The notes under the pieces were generated by a model. It made no database searches, had not been told where the DNA came from, and saw only the letters and a list, made by a program, of their open reading frames with translations. A DNA stretch of 64,000 nt from Eledone cirrhosa (lineage: Eukaryota). The position numbers and the translations under genes are program-made. Positions 26,401 through 41,600 of this stretch are shown piece after piece (within the stretch, counting starts at the first letter, position 1; every line of letters begins with the position of its first letter). The stretch is from positions 396,366,001-396,430,000 of the forward strand of contig OZ024741.1 of NCBI GenBank assembly GCA_964016885.1. The letters run 5' to 3'.

Positions 26401-29400
26401 ATTCCTTCAATCAGTCACACCACAAGGGTCAAAGTGCATCAATCAGTCACACCACAAGGGTCAAAGTGCATCAATCAGTCACACCACAAGGGTCAAAGTG
26501 CATCAATCAGTCACACCACAAGGGTCAAATTCCTTCAATCAGTCACACCACAAGAGTCAAAGTGCATCAATCAGTCACACCACAAGAGTCAAAGTGCTTC
26601 AATCAGTCACACCACAAGGGTCAAATTCCTTCAATCAGTCACACCACAAGGGTCAAAGTGCATCAATCAGTCACACCACAAGGGTCAAAGTGCATCAATC
26701 AGTCACACCACAAGGGTCAAAGTGCATCAATCAGTCACACCACAAGGGTCAAATTGCATCAATCAGTTACACCACAAGGGTCAAAGTGCATTAATCAGTC
26801 ACACCACAAGGGTCAAATTCCTTCAATCAGTCACACCACAAGGGTCAAAGTGCATCAATCAGTCACACCACAAGAGTCAAAGTGCATCAATCAGTCAAAC
26901 CACAAGGGTCAAAGTGCATCAATCAGCCACACCACAAGGGTCAAAGTGCATCAATCAGTAACACCACAGGGGTCAAGGTGCATCAATCAGTCACACCACA
27001 AGGGTCAAAGTGCATCAATCAGTCACACCACAAGGGTCAAAGTGCATCAATCAGTCACACCACAAGGGTCAAAGTGCATCAATCAGTCACACCACAAGGG
27101 TCAAAGTGCATCAATCAGTCACACCACAAGAGTCAAAGTGCATCAATCAGTCACACCACAAGGGTCAAATTCCTTCAATCAGTCACACCACAAGGGTCAA
27201 AGTGCATCAATCAGTCACACCACACGAGTCAAAGTGCATCAATCAGTCACACCACAAGGGTCAAAGTGCATCAATCAGTCACACCACAAGGGTCAAAGTA
27301 CATCAATCAGTCACACCACAAGAGTCAAAGTGCATCAATCAGCCACACCACAAGGGTCAAAGTGCATCAATCAGTCACACCACAAGGGTCAAAGTGCATC
27401 AATCAGTCAGACCACAAGGGTCAAAGTGGATCAATCAGTCACACCACAAGGTTCAAAGTGCATCAATCAGTCACACCACAAGGGTCAAAGTGCATCAATC
27501 AGTCACACCACAAGAGTCAAAGTGCATCAATCAGTGACACCACAAGAGTCAAAGGGCACCAATCAGTCACACCACAAGGGTCAAATTCCTTCAATCAGTC
27601 ACACCACAAGGGTCAAAGTGTATCAATCAGTCACACCTCAAGAGTCAAAGTGCATCAATCAGTCACACCACAAGGGTCAAAGTGCATCAATCAGACACAC
27701 CACGAGGGTCAAAGTGCATCAATCAGTCACACGACAAGGGTCAAAGTGCATCAATCAGTAACACCACAAGGGTCAAAGTGCATCAATCAGTCACACCACA
27801 AGGGTCAAAGTGCATTAATCAGCCACACCACAAGGGTCAAAGTGCATCAATCAGTCACACCACAAGAGTCAAAGTGCATCAATCAACCACACCACAAGAG
27901 TCAAAGTGCATCAATCAGTTACACCACAAGAGTCAAAGTGCATCAATCAGTCACACCACAAGAGTCAAAGTGCATCAATCAGTCACACCACAAGGGTCAA
28001 AGTGCATCAATCAGCCACACCACAAGGGTCAAAGTGCATCAATCAGTCACACCACAAGAGTCAAAGTGCATCAATCAGTCACACCACACGGGTCAAAGTG
28101 CATCAATCAGTTACACCACAAGAGTCAATGTGCATCAATCAGTTACACCACAAGAGTCAAAGTGCATCAATCAGACACACCACAAGAGTCAAAGTGCATC
28201 AATCAGTTACACCACAAGAGTCAAAGTGCATCAATCAGTCACACCACAAGAGTCAAAGCGCATCAATCAGTCACACCACAAGGGTCAAAGTGCATCAATC
28301 AGTCACACCACAAGGGTCAAAGTGCATCAATCAGTCACACCACAAGAGTCAAAGTGCATCAATCAGTCACACCACAAGGGTCAAAGTCCATCAATCAGTC
28401 ACACCACAAGGGTCAAAGTGCATCAATCAGTCACACCACAAGGGTCAAAGTGCATCAAACAGTCACACCACAAGAGTCAAAGTGCATCAATCAGTCACAC
28501 CACAAGGGTCAAATTCTTTCAATCAGTCACACCACAAGAGTCAAAGTGCATCAATCAGTCACACCACAAGGGTCAAAGTGCATCAATCAGTCACACCACA
28601 AGGGTCAAAGTGTTTCAATCAGTCACACCACAAGGGTCAAAGTGCATCAATCAGTCACACCACAAGTGTCAAAGTGTTTCAAACAGTCACACCACAAGGG
28701 TCAAATTGCATCAATCAGTCACACCACAAGGGTCAAAGTGCATCAATCAGTCACACCACAAGGGTCAAATTCCTTCAATCAGTCACACCACAAGTGTCAA
28801 AGTGATTCAATCAGTCACACCACAAGGGTCAAAGTGCATCAATCAGTCACACCACTAGGGTCAAAGTGCATCAATCAGTCACACCACAAGGGTAAAAGTG
28901 TTTCAATCAGTCACACCACAAGGGTCAAAGTGTTTCAATCAGTCACACCACAAGGGTCAAAGTGTTTCAATCAGTCACACAACAAGGGTCAAAGTGCATC
29001 AATCAGTCACACCACAAGGGTCAAATTCCTTCAATCAGTCACACCACAAGGGTCAAAGTGCATCTATCAGTCACACTACAAGGGTCAAAGTGCATCAATC
29101 AGTCACACCACAAGGGTCAAAGTGCTTCAATCAGTCACACCACAAGGGTCAAATTCCTTCAATCAGTTACACCACAAGGGTCAAAGTGTTTCAATCAGTC
29201 ACACCACAAGGGTCAAATTCCTTCAATCAGTCACACCACAAGGGTCAAAGTGCATCAATCAGTCACACCACAAGGGTCAAATTCCTTCAATCAGTCACAC
29301 CACAAGGGTCAAAGTGCATCAATCAGTCACACCACAAGAGTCAAAGTGCTTCAATCAGTCACACCACAAGGGTCAAATTCCTTCAATCAGTCACACCACA

Positions 29401-29690
29401 AGGGTCAAAGTGCATCAATCAGTAACACCACAAGAGTCAAAGAGCATCAATCAGTCACACCACAAGGGTCAACGTGCATCAATCAGTCACACCACAAGGG
29501 TCAAAGTGCATCAATCAGTCACACCACAAGGGTCAAAGTGCATCAATCAGTCACACCACAAGGGTCAAAGTGCATTAATCAGCCACACCACAAGGGTCAA
29601 AGTGCATCAATCATTCACACCACAAGAGTCAAAGTGCATCAATCAACCACACCACAAGAGTCAAAGTGCATCAATCAGTTACACCACAAG
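19260..29690. repeat. Near-tandem duplication of about 5 kb (about 19260-24250 and about 24636-29690), offset stepping 5376, 5408, 5440 bp
   Basis: TCTC at 19311/24687 (5376), GATC at 22021/27429 (5408), AAGTACATC at about 21888/27296 (5408), and AGTGATTCAA at 23361/28801 (5440, seen only in these two copies). Each step is one whole monomer. Confidence 0.9.
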
Positions 29691-32600
29691 AGTCAAAGTG
29701 CATCAATCAGTCACACCACAAGAGTCAAAGTGCATCAATCAGTCACACCACAAGAGTCAAAGTGCATCAATCAGTTACACCACAAGAGTCAAAGTGCATC
29801 AATCAGTCACACCACAAGGGTCAAAGTGCATCAATCAGCCACACCACAAGGGTCAAAGTGCATCAATCAGTCACACCACAAGAGTCAAAGTGCATCAATC
29901 AGTCACACCACAAGGGTCAAAGTGCATCAATCAGTTACACCACAAGAGTCAATGTGCATCAATCAGTTACACCACAAGAGTCAAAGTGCATCAATCAGAC
30001 ACACCACAAGGGTCAAAGTGCATCAATCAGTTACACCACAAGAGTCAAAGTGCATCAATCAGTTACACCACAAGAGTCAAATTGCATCAATCAGTCACAC
30101 CACAAGAGTCAAAGTGCATCAATCAGTCACACCACAAGGGTCAAAGTCCATCAATCAGTCACACCACAAGGGTCAAAGTGCATCAATCAGTCACACCACA
30201 AGGGTCAAAGTGCATCAAACAGTCACACCACAAGAGTCAAAGTGCATCAATCAGTCACACCACAAGGGTCAAATTCTTTCAATCAGTCACACCACAAGAG
30301 TCAAAGTGCATCACTCAGTCACACCACAAGGGTCAAAGTGCATCAATCAGTCACACCACAAGGGTCAAAGTGTTTCAATCAGTCACACCACAAGGGTCAA
30401 AGTGTTTCAAACAGTCACACCACAAGGGTCAAATTGCATCAATCAGTCACACCACAAGGGTCAAAGTGCATCAATCAGTCACACCACAAGTGTCAAAGTG
30501 TTTCAAACAGTCACACCACAAGGGTCAAATTGCATCAATCAGTCACACCACAAGGGTCAAAGTGCATCAATCAGTCACACCACAAGGGTCAAATTCCTTC
30601 AATCAGTCACACCACAAGTGTCAAAGTGTTTCAATCAGTCACACCACAAGGGTCAAAGTGCATCAATCAGTCACACCACTAGGGTCAAAGTGCATCAATC
30701 AGTCACACCACAAGGGTCAAAGTGCATCAATCAGTCACACCACTAGGGTCAAAGTGCATCAATCAGTCACACCACAAGGGTAAAAGTGTTTCAATCAGTC
30801 ACACCACAAGGGTCAAAGTGTTTCAATCAGTCACACCACAAGGGTCAAAGTGTTTCAATCAGTCACACAACAAGGGTCAAAGTGCATCAATCAGTAACAC
30901 CACAAGGGTCAAATTCCTTCAATCAGTCACACCACAAGGGTCAAAGTGCATCTATCAGTCACACTACAAGGGTCAAAGTGCATCAATCAGTCACACCACA
31001 AGAGTCAAAGTGCTTCAATCAGTCACACCACAAGGGTCAAATTCCTTCAATCAGTTACACCACAAGGGTCAAAGTGTTTCAATCAGTCACACCACAAGGG
31101 TCAAATTCCTTCAATCAGTCACACCACAAGGGTCAAAGTGCATCAATCAGTCACACCACAAGGGTCAAATTCCTTCAATCAGTCACACCACAAGGGTCAA
31201 AGTGCATCAATCAGTCACACCACAAGAGTTAAAGTGCTTCAATCAGTCACACCACAAGGGTCAAATTCCTTCAATCAGTCACACCACAAGGGTCAAAGTG
31301 CATCAATCAGTCACACCACAAGAGTCAAAGTGCATCAATCAGTCACACCACAAGGGTCAAAGTGCATCAATCAGCCACACCACAAGGGTCAAAGTGCATC
31401 AATCAGTCACACCACAAGAGTCAAAGTGCATCAATCAGTCACACCACAAGAGTCAAAGTGCTTCAATCAGTCACACCACAAGGGTCAAATTCCTTCAATC
31501 AGTCACACCACAAGGGTCAAAGTGCATCAATCAGTCACACCACAAGGGTCAAAGTGCATCAATCAGTCACACCACAAGAGTCAAAGTGCATCAATCAGTC
31601 ACACCACAAGGGTCAAAGTGCATCAATCAGTCACACCACAAGGGTCAAAGTGCATCAATCAGTCACACCACAAGGGTCAAAGTGCATCAATCAGTCACAC
31701 CACAAGAGTCAAAGTGCATCAATCAGTCACACCACAAGGGTCAAATTCCTTCAATCAGTCACACCACAAGAGTCAAAGTGCATCAATCAGTCACACCACA
31801 AGGGTCAAAGTGCATCAATCAGTCACAGCACAAGGGTCAAAGTGTTTCAATCAGTCACACCACAAGGGTCAAAGTGCATCAATCAGTCACACCACAAGGG
31901 TCAAAGTGTTTCAATCAGTCACACCACAAGGGTCAAAGTGCATCAATCAGTCACACCACAAGAGTCAAAGTGCATCAATCAGTCACACCACAAGGGTCAA
32001 AGTGCATCAATCAGTCCCACCACAAGGGTCAAAGTGTTTCAATCAGTCACACCACAAGGGTCAAAGTGCATCAATCAGTCACACCACAAGGGTCAGAGTG
32101 CATCAATCAGTCACACCACAAGGGTCAAAGTGCATCAATCAGTCACACCACAAGGGTCAAATTCCTTCAATCAGTCACACCACAAGGGTCAAAGTGTTTC
32201 AATCAGTCACACCACAAGGGTCAAAGTGCATCAATCAGTCACACCACTAGGGTCAAAGTGCATCAATCAGTCACACCACAAGGGTCAAATTCCTTCAATC
32301 AGTCACACCACATGGGTCAAAGTGTTACAATCAGTCACACCACAAGGGTCAAAGTGCATCAATCAGTCACACCACAAGAGTTAAAGTGCAACAATCAGTC
32401 ACACCACAAGGGTCAAAATGCATCAATCAGTCACACCACAAGGGTCAAAGTGCATCAATCAGTCACACCACAAGGGTCAAAGTGCATCAATCAGCCACAC
32501 CACAAGGGTCAAAGTGCATCAATCAGTCACACCACAAGGGTCAAAGTGCATCAATCAGCCACACCACAAGGGTCAAAGTGCATCAATCAGTCACACCACA

Positions 32601-35600
32601 AGAGTCAAAGTGCATCAATCAGTGACACCACAAGGGTCAAAGTGCTTCAATCAGTCACACCACAAGAGTCAAAGTGCATCAATGAGTCACACCACAAGGG
32701 TCAAAGTGCATCAATCAGTCACACCACAAGAGTCAAAGTGCTTCAATCAGTCACACCACAAGGGTCAAATTCCTTCAATCAGTCACACCACAAGGGTCAA
32801 AGTGCATCAATCAGTCACACCAGAAGGGTCAAAGTGCATCAATCTGTCACACCACAAGGGTCAAAGTGCATCAATCAGTCACACCACAAGGGTCAAATTC
32901 CTTCAATCAGTCACACCACAAGAGTCAAAGTGCATCAATCAGTCACACCACAAGAGTCAAAGTGCTTCAATCAGTCACACCACAAGGGTCAAATTCCTTC
33001 AATCAGTCACACCACAAGGGTAAAAGTGCATCAATCAGTCACACCACAAGGGTCAAAGTGCATCAATCAGTCACACCACAAGGGTCAAAGTGCATCAATC
33101 AGTCACGCCACAAGGGTCAAATTGCATCAATCAGTTACACCACAAGGGTCAAAGTGCATTAATCAGTCACACCACAAGGGTCAAATTCCTTCAATCAGTC
33201 ACACCACAAGGGTCAAAGTGCATCAATCAGTCACACCACAAGAGTCAAAGTGCATCAATCAGTCAAACCACAAGGGTCAAAGTGCATCAATCAGCCACAC
33301 CACAAGGGTCAAGGTGCATCAATCAGTCACACCACAATGGTCAAAGTGCATCAATCAGTCACACCACAAGGGTCAAAGTGCATCAATCAGTCACACCACA
33401 AGGGTCAAAGTGCATCAATCAGTCACACCACAAGGGTCAAAGTGCATCAATCAGACACACCACGAGGGTCAAAGTGCATCAATCAGTCACACGACAAGGG
33501 TCAAAGTGCATCAATCTGTCACACCACAAGGGTCAAAGTGCATCAATCAGTAACACCACAAGAGTCAAAGTGCATCAATCAGTCACACCACAAGGGTCAA
33601 ATTCCTTCAATCAGTCACACCACAAGGGTCAAAGTGCATCAATCAGTCACACCACACGAGTCAAAGTGCATCAATCAGTCACACCACAAGGGTCAAAGTG
33701 CATCAATCAGTCACACCACAAGGGTCAAAGTGCATCAATCAGTCACACCACAAGAGTCAAAGTGTATCAATCAGCCACACCACAAGGGTCAAAGTGCATC
33801 AATCAGTCACACCACAAGGGTCAAAGTGCATCAATCAGTCAGACCACAAGGGTCAAAGTGGATCAATCAGTCACACCACAAGGTTCAAAGTGCATCAATC
33901 AGTCACACCACAAGGGTCAAAGTGCATCAATCAGTCACACCACAAGAGTCAAAGTGCATCAATCAGTGACACCACAAGAGTCAAAGGGCACCAATCAGTC
34001 ACACCACAAGGGTCAAATTCCTTCAATCAGTCACACCACAAGGGTCAAAGTGTATCAATCAGTCACACCTCAAGAGTCAAAGTGCATCAATCAGTCACAC
34101 CACAAGGGTCAAAGTGCATCAATCAGACACACCACGAGGGTCAAAGTGCATCAATCAGTCACACGACAAGGGTCAAAGTGCATCAATCAGTCACACCACA
34201 AGGGTCAAAGTGCATCAATCAGTAACACCACAAGGGTCAAAGTGCATTAATCAGCCACACCACAAGGGTCAAAGTGCATCAATCAGTCACACCACAAGAG
34301 TCAAAGTGCATCAATCAACCACACCACAACAGTCAAAGTGCATCAATCAGTTACACCACAAGAGTCAAAGTGCATCAATCAGTCACACCACAAGAGTCAA
34401 AGTGCATCAATCAGTCACACCACAAGAGTCAAAGTGCATCAATCAGTTACACCACAAGAGTCAAAGTGCATCAATCAGTCACACCACAAGGGTCAAAGTG
34501 CATCAATCAGCCACACCACAAGGGTCAAAGTGCATCAATCAGTCACACCACAAGAGTCAAAGTGCATGAATCAGTCACACCACAAGGGTCAAAGTGCATC
34601 AATCAGTTACACCACAAGAGTCAATGTGCATCAATCAGTTACACCACAAGAGTCAAAGTGCATCAATCAGACACACCACAAGGGTCAAAGTGCATCAATC
34701 AGTTACACCACAAGAGTCAAAGTGCATCAATCAGTTACACCACAAGAGTCAAAGTGCATCAATCAGTCACACCACAAGAGTCAAAGTGCATCAATCAGTC
34801 ACACCACAAGGGTCAAAGTGCATCAATCAGTCACACCACAAGGGTCAAAGTGCATCAATCAGTCACACCACAAGAGTCAAAGTGCATCAATCAATCACAC
34901 CACAAGGGTCAAAGTCCATCAATCAGTCACACCACAAGGGTCAAAGTGCATCAATCAGTCACACCACAAGGGTCAAAGTGCATCAAACAGTCACACCACA
35001 AGAGTCAAAGTGCATCAATCAGTCACACCACAAGGGTCAAATTCTTTCAATCAGTCACACCACAAGAGTCAAAGTGCATCAATCAGTCACACCACAAGGG
35101 TCAAAGTGCATCAATCAGTCACACCACAAGGGTCAAAGTGTTTCAATCAGTCACACCACAAGGGTCAAAGTGCATCAATCAGTCACACCACAAGTGTCAA
35201 AGTGTTTCAAACAGTCACACCACAAGGGTCAAATTGCATCAATCAGTCACACCACAAGGGTCAAAGTGCATCAATCAGTCACACCACAAGGGTCAAATTC
35301 CTTCAATCAGTCACACCACAAGGGTCAAAGTGCATCAATCAGTCACACCACTAGGGTCAAAGTGCATCAATCAGTCACACCACAAGGGTAAAAGTGTTTC
35401 AATCAGTCACACCACAAGGGTCAAAGTGTTTCAATCAGTCACACCACAAGGGTCAAAGTGTTTCAATCAGTCACACAACAAGGGTCAAAGTGCATCAATC
35501 AGTCACACCACAAGGGTCAAATTCCTTCAATCAGTCACACCACAAGGGTCAAAGTGCATCTATCAGTCACACTACAAGGGTCAAAGTGCATCAATCAGTC

Positions 35601-38600
35601 ACACCACAAGAGTCAAAGTGCTTCAATCAGTCACACCACAAGGGTCAAATTCCTTCAATCAGTTACACCACAAGGGTCAAAGTGTTTCAATCAGTCAGAC
35701 CACAAGGGTCAAATTCCTTCAATCAGTCACACCACAAGGGTCAAAGTGCATCAATCAGCACACCACAAGGGTCAAATTCCTTCAATCAGTCACACCACAA
35801 GGGTCAAAGTGCATCAATCAGTCACACCACAAGAGTCAAAGTGCTTCAATCAGTCACACCACAAGGGTCAAATTCCTTCAATCAGTCACACCACAAGGGT
35901 CAAAGTGCATCAATCAGTCTCACCACAAGAGTCAAAGTGCATCAATCAGTCACACCACAAGGGTCAAAGTGCATCAATCAGCCACACCACAAGGGTCAAA
36001 GTGCATCAATCAGTCACACCACAAGAGTCAAAGTGCATCAATCAGTCACACCACAAGAGTCAAAGTGCTTCAATCAGTCACACCACAAGGGTCAAATTCC
36101 TTCAATCAGTCACACCACAAGGGTCAAAGTGCATCAATCAGTCACACCACAAGGGTCAAAGTGCATCAATCAGTCACACCACAAGAGTCAAAGTGCATCA
36201 ATCAGTCACACCACAAGGGTCAAAGTGCATCAATCAGTCACACCACAAGGGTCAAAGTGCATCAATCAGTCACACCACAAGGGTCAAAGTGCATCAATCA
36301 GTCACACCACAAGAGTCAAAGTGCATCAATCAGTCACACCACAAGGGTCAAATTCCTTCAATCAGTCACACCACAAGAGTCAAAGTGCATCAATCAGTCA
36401 CACCACAAGGGTCAAAGTGCATCAATCAGTCACAGCACAAGGGTCAAAGTGTTTCAATCAGTCACACCACAAGGGTCAAAGTGTTTCAATCAGTCACACC
36501 ACAAGGGTCAAAGTGCATCAATCAGTCACACCACAAGAGTCAAAGTGCATCAATCAGTCACACCACAAGGGTCAAAGTGCATCAATCAGTCCCACCACAA
36601 GGGTCAAAGTGTTTCAATCAGTCACACCACAAGGGTCAACGTGCATCAATCAGTCACACCACAAGGGTCAAAGTGCATCAATCAGTCACACCACAAGGGT
36701 CAAAGTGCATCAATCAGTCACACCACAAGGGTCAAAGTGCATTAATCAGCCACACCACAAGGGTCAAAGTGCATCAATCAGTCACACCACAAGAGTCAAA
36801 GTGCATCAATCAACCACACCACAACAGTCAAAGTGCATCAATCAGTTACACCACAAGAGTCAAAGTGCATCAATCAGTCACACCACAAGAGTCAAAGTGC
36901 ATCAATCAGTCACACCACAAGAGTCAAAGTGCATCAATCAGTTACACCACAAGAGTCAAAGTGCATCAATCAGTCACACCACAAGGGTCAAAGTGCATCA
37001 ATCAGCCACACCACAAGGGTCAAAGTGCATCAATCAGTCACACCACAAGAGTCAAAGTGCATCAATCAGTCACACCACAAGGGTCAAAGTGCATCAATCA
37101 GTTACACCACAAGAGTCAATGTGCATCAATCAGTTACACCACAAGAGTCAAAGTGCATCAATCAGACACACCACAAGGGTCAAAGTGCATCAATCAGTTA
37201 CACCACAAGAGTCAAAGTGCATCAATCAGTTACACCACAAGAGTCAAAGTGCATCAATCAGTCACACCACAAGAGTCAAAGTGCATCAATCAGTCACACC
37301 ACAAGGGTCAAAGTGCATCAATCAGTCACACCACAAGGGTCAAAGTGCATCAATCAGTCACACCACAAGAGTCAAAGTGCATCAATCAGTCACACCACAA
37401 GGGTCAAAGTCCATCAATCAGTCACACCACAAGGGTCAAAGTGCATCAATCAGTCACACCACAAGGGTCAAAGTGCATCAAACAGTCACACCACAAGAGT
37501 CAAAGTGCATCAATCAGTCACACCACAAGGGTCAAATTCTTTCAATCAGTCACACCACAAGAGTCAAAGTGCATCAATCAGTCACACCACAAGGGTCAAA
37601 GTGCATCAATCAGTCACACCACAAGGGTCAAAGTGTTTCAATCAGTCACACCACAAGGGTCAAAGTGCATCAATCAGTCACACCACAAGTGTCAAAGTGT
37701 TTCAAACAGTCACACCACAAGGGTCAAATTGCATCAATCAGTCACACCACAAGGGTCAAAGTGCATCAATCAGTCACACCACAAGGGTCAAATTCCTTCA
37801 ATCAGTCACACCACAAGTGTCAAAGTGTTTCAATCAGTCACACCACAAGGGTCAAAGTGCATCAATCAGTCACACCACTAGGGTCAAAGTGCATCAATCA
37901 GTCACACCACAAGGGTAAAAGTGTTTCAATCAGTCACACCACAAGGGTCAAAGTGTTTCAATCAGTCACACCACAAGGGTCAAAGTGTTTCAATCAGTCA
38001 CACAACAAGGGTCAAAGTGCATCAATCAGTCACACCACAAGGGTCAAATTCCTTCAATCAGTCACACCACAAGGGTCAAAGTGCATCTATCAGTCACACT
38101 ACAAGGGTCAAAGTGCATCAATCAGTCACACCTCAAGAGTCAAAGTGCTTCAATCAGTCACACCACAAGGGTCAAATTCCTTCAATCAGTTACACCACAA
38201 GGGTCAAAGTGTTTCAATCAGTCACACCACAAGGGTCAAATTCCTTCAATCAGTCACACCACAAGGGTCAAAGTGCATCAATCAGCACACCACAAGGGTC
38301 AAATTCCTTCAATCAGTCACACCACAAGGGTCAAAGTGCATCAATCAGTCTCACCACAAGAGTCAAAGTGCATCAATCAGTCACACCACAAGGGTCAAAG
38401 TGCATCAATCAGCCACACCACAAGGGTCAAAGTGCATCAATCAGTCACACCACAAGAGTCAAAGTGCATCAATCAGTCACACCACAAGAGTCAAAGTGCT
38501 TCAATCAGTCACACCACAAGGGTCAAATTCCTTCAATCAGTCACACCACAAGGGTCAAAGTGCATCAATCAGTCACACCACAAGGGTCAAAGTGCATCAA

Positions 38601-41600
38601 TCAGTCACACCACAAGAGTCAAAGTGCATCAATCAGTCACACCACAAGGGTCAAAGTGCATCAATCAGTCACACCACAAGGGTCAAAGTGCATCAATCAG
38701 TCACACCACAAGGGTCAAAGTGCATCAATCAGTCACACCACAAGAGTCAAAGTGCATCAATCAGTCACACCACAAGGGTCAAATTCCTTCAATCAGTCAC
38801 ACCACAAGAGTCAAAGTGCATCAATCAGTCACACCACAAGGGTCAAAGTGCATCAATCAGTCACAGCACAAGGGTCAAAGTGTTTCAATCAGTCACACCA
38901 CAAGGGCCAAAGTGCATCAATCAGTCACACCACAAGGGTCAAAGTGTTTCAATCAGTCACACCACAAGGGTCAAAGTGCATCAATCAGTCACACCACAAG
39001 AGTCAAAGTGCATCAATCAGTCACACCACAAGGGTCAAAGTGCATCAATCAGTCCCACCACAAGGGTCAAAGTGTTTCAATCAGTCACACCACAAGGGTC
39101 AAAGTGCATCAATCAGTCTCACCACAAGAGTCAAAGTGCATCAATCAGTCACACCACAAGGGTCAAAGTGCATCAATCAGCCACACCACAAGGGTCAAAG
39201 TGCATCAATCAGTCACACCACAAGAATCAAAGTGCATCAATCAGTCACACCACAAGAGTCAAAGTGCTTCAATCAGTCACACCACAAGGGTCAAATTCCT
39301 TCAATCAGTCACACCACAAGGGTCAAAGTGCATCAATCAGTCACACCACAAGGGTCAAAGTGCATCAATCAGTCACACCACAAGAGTCAAAGTGCATCAA
39401 TCAGTCACACCACAAGGGTCAAAGTGCATCAATCAGTCACACCACAAGGGTCAAAGTGCATCAATCAGTCACACCACAAGGGTCAAAGTGTTTCAATCAG
39501 TCACACCACAAGGGTCAAAGTGCATCAATCAGTCACACCACAAGAGTCAAAGTGCATCAATCAGTCACACCACAAGGGTCAAAGTGCATCAATCAGTCCC
39601 ACCACAAGGGTCAAAGTGTTTCAATCAGTCACACCACAAGGGTCAAAGTGCATCAATCAGTCACACCACAAGGGTCAAAGTGCATCAATCAGTCACACCA
39701 CAAGGGTCAAAGTGCATCAATCAGTCACACCACAAGGGTCAAATTCCTTCAATCAGTCACACCACATGGGTCAAAGTGTTTCAATCAGTCACACCACAAG
39801 GGTCAAAGTGCATCAATCAGTCACACCACAAGAGTTAAAGTGCAACAATCAGTCACACCACAAGGGTCAAAATGCATCAATCAGTCACACCACAAGGGTC
39901 AAAGTGCATCAATCAGTCACACCACAAGGGTCAAAGTGCATCAATCAGCCACACCACAAGGGTCAAAGTGCATCAATCAGTCACACCACAAGGGTCAAAG
40001 TGCATCAATCAGCCACAGCACAAGGGTCAAAGTGCATCAATCAGTCACACCACAAGAATCAAAGTGCATCAATCAGTGACACCACAAGGGTCAAAGTGCT
40101 TCAATGAGTCACACCACAAGAGTCAAAGTGCATCAATGAGTCACACCACAAGGGTCAAAGTGCATCAATCAGTCACACCACAAGAGTCAAAGTGCTTCAA
40201 TCAGTCACACCACAAGGGTCAAATTCCTTCAATCAGTCACACCACAAGGGTCAAAGTGCATCAATCAGTCACACCACAAGGGTCAAAGTGCATCAATCAG
40301 TCACACCACAAGGGTCAAAGTGCATCAATCAGTCACACCACAAGGGTCAAATTCCTTCAATCAGTCACACCACAAGAGTCAAAGTGCATCAATCAGTCAC
40401 ACCACAAGAGTCAAAGTGCTTCAATCAGTCACACCACAAGGGTCAAATTCCTTCAATCAGTCACACCACAAGGGTCAAAGTGCATCAATCAGTCACACCA
40501 CAAGGGTCAAAGTGCATCAATCAGTCACACCACAAGGGTCAAAGTGCATCAATCAGTCACACCACAAGGGTCAAATTGCATCAATCAGTTACACCACAAG
40601 GGTCAAAGTGCATTAATCAGTCACACCACAAGGGTCAAATTCCTTCAATCAGTCACACCACAAGGGTCAAAGTGCATCAATCAGTCACACCACAAGAGTC
40701 AAAGTGCATCAATCAGTCAAACCACAAGGGTCAAAGTGCATCAATCAGCCACACCACAAGGGTCAAAGTGCATCAATCAGTAACACCACAAGGGTCAAGG
40801 TGCATCAATCAGTCACACCACAAGGGTCAAAGTGCATCAATCAGTCACACCACAAGGGTCAAAGTGCATCAATCAGTCACACCACAAGGGTCAAAGTGCA
40901 TCAATCAGTCACACCACAAGGGTCAAAGTGCATCAATCAGTCACACCACAAGAGTCAAAGTGCATCAATCAGTCACACCACAAGGGTCAAATTCCTTCAA
41001 TCAGTCACACCACAAGGGTCAAAGTGCATCAATCAGTCACACCACACGAGTCAAAGTGCATCAATCAGTCACACCACAAGGGTCAAAGTGCATCAATCAG
41101 TCACACCACAAGGGTCAAAGTGCATCAATCAGTCACACCACAAGAGTCAAAGTGCATCAATCAGCCACACCACAAGGGTCAAAGTGCATCAATCAGTCAC
41201 ACCACAAGGGTCAAAGTGCATCAATCAGTCAGACCACAAGGGTCAAAGTGGATCAATCAGTCACACCACAAGGTTCAAAGTGCATCAATCAGTCACACCA
41301 CAAGGGTCAAAGTGCATCAATCAGTCACACCACAAGAGTCAAAGTGCATCAATCAGTGACACCACAAGAGTCAAAGGGCACCAATCAGTCACACCACAAG
41401 GGTCAAAGTGTATCAATCAGTCACACCTCAAGAGTCAAAGTGCATCAATCAGTCACACCACAAGGGTCAAAGTGCATCAATCAGACACACCACGAGGGTC
41501 AAAGTGCATCAATCAGTCACACGACAAGGGTCAAAGTGCATCAATCAGTAACACCACAAGAGTCAAAGAGCATCAATCAGTCACACCACAAGGGTCAACG

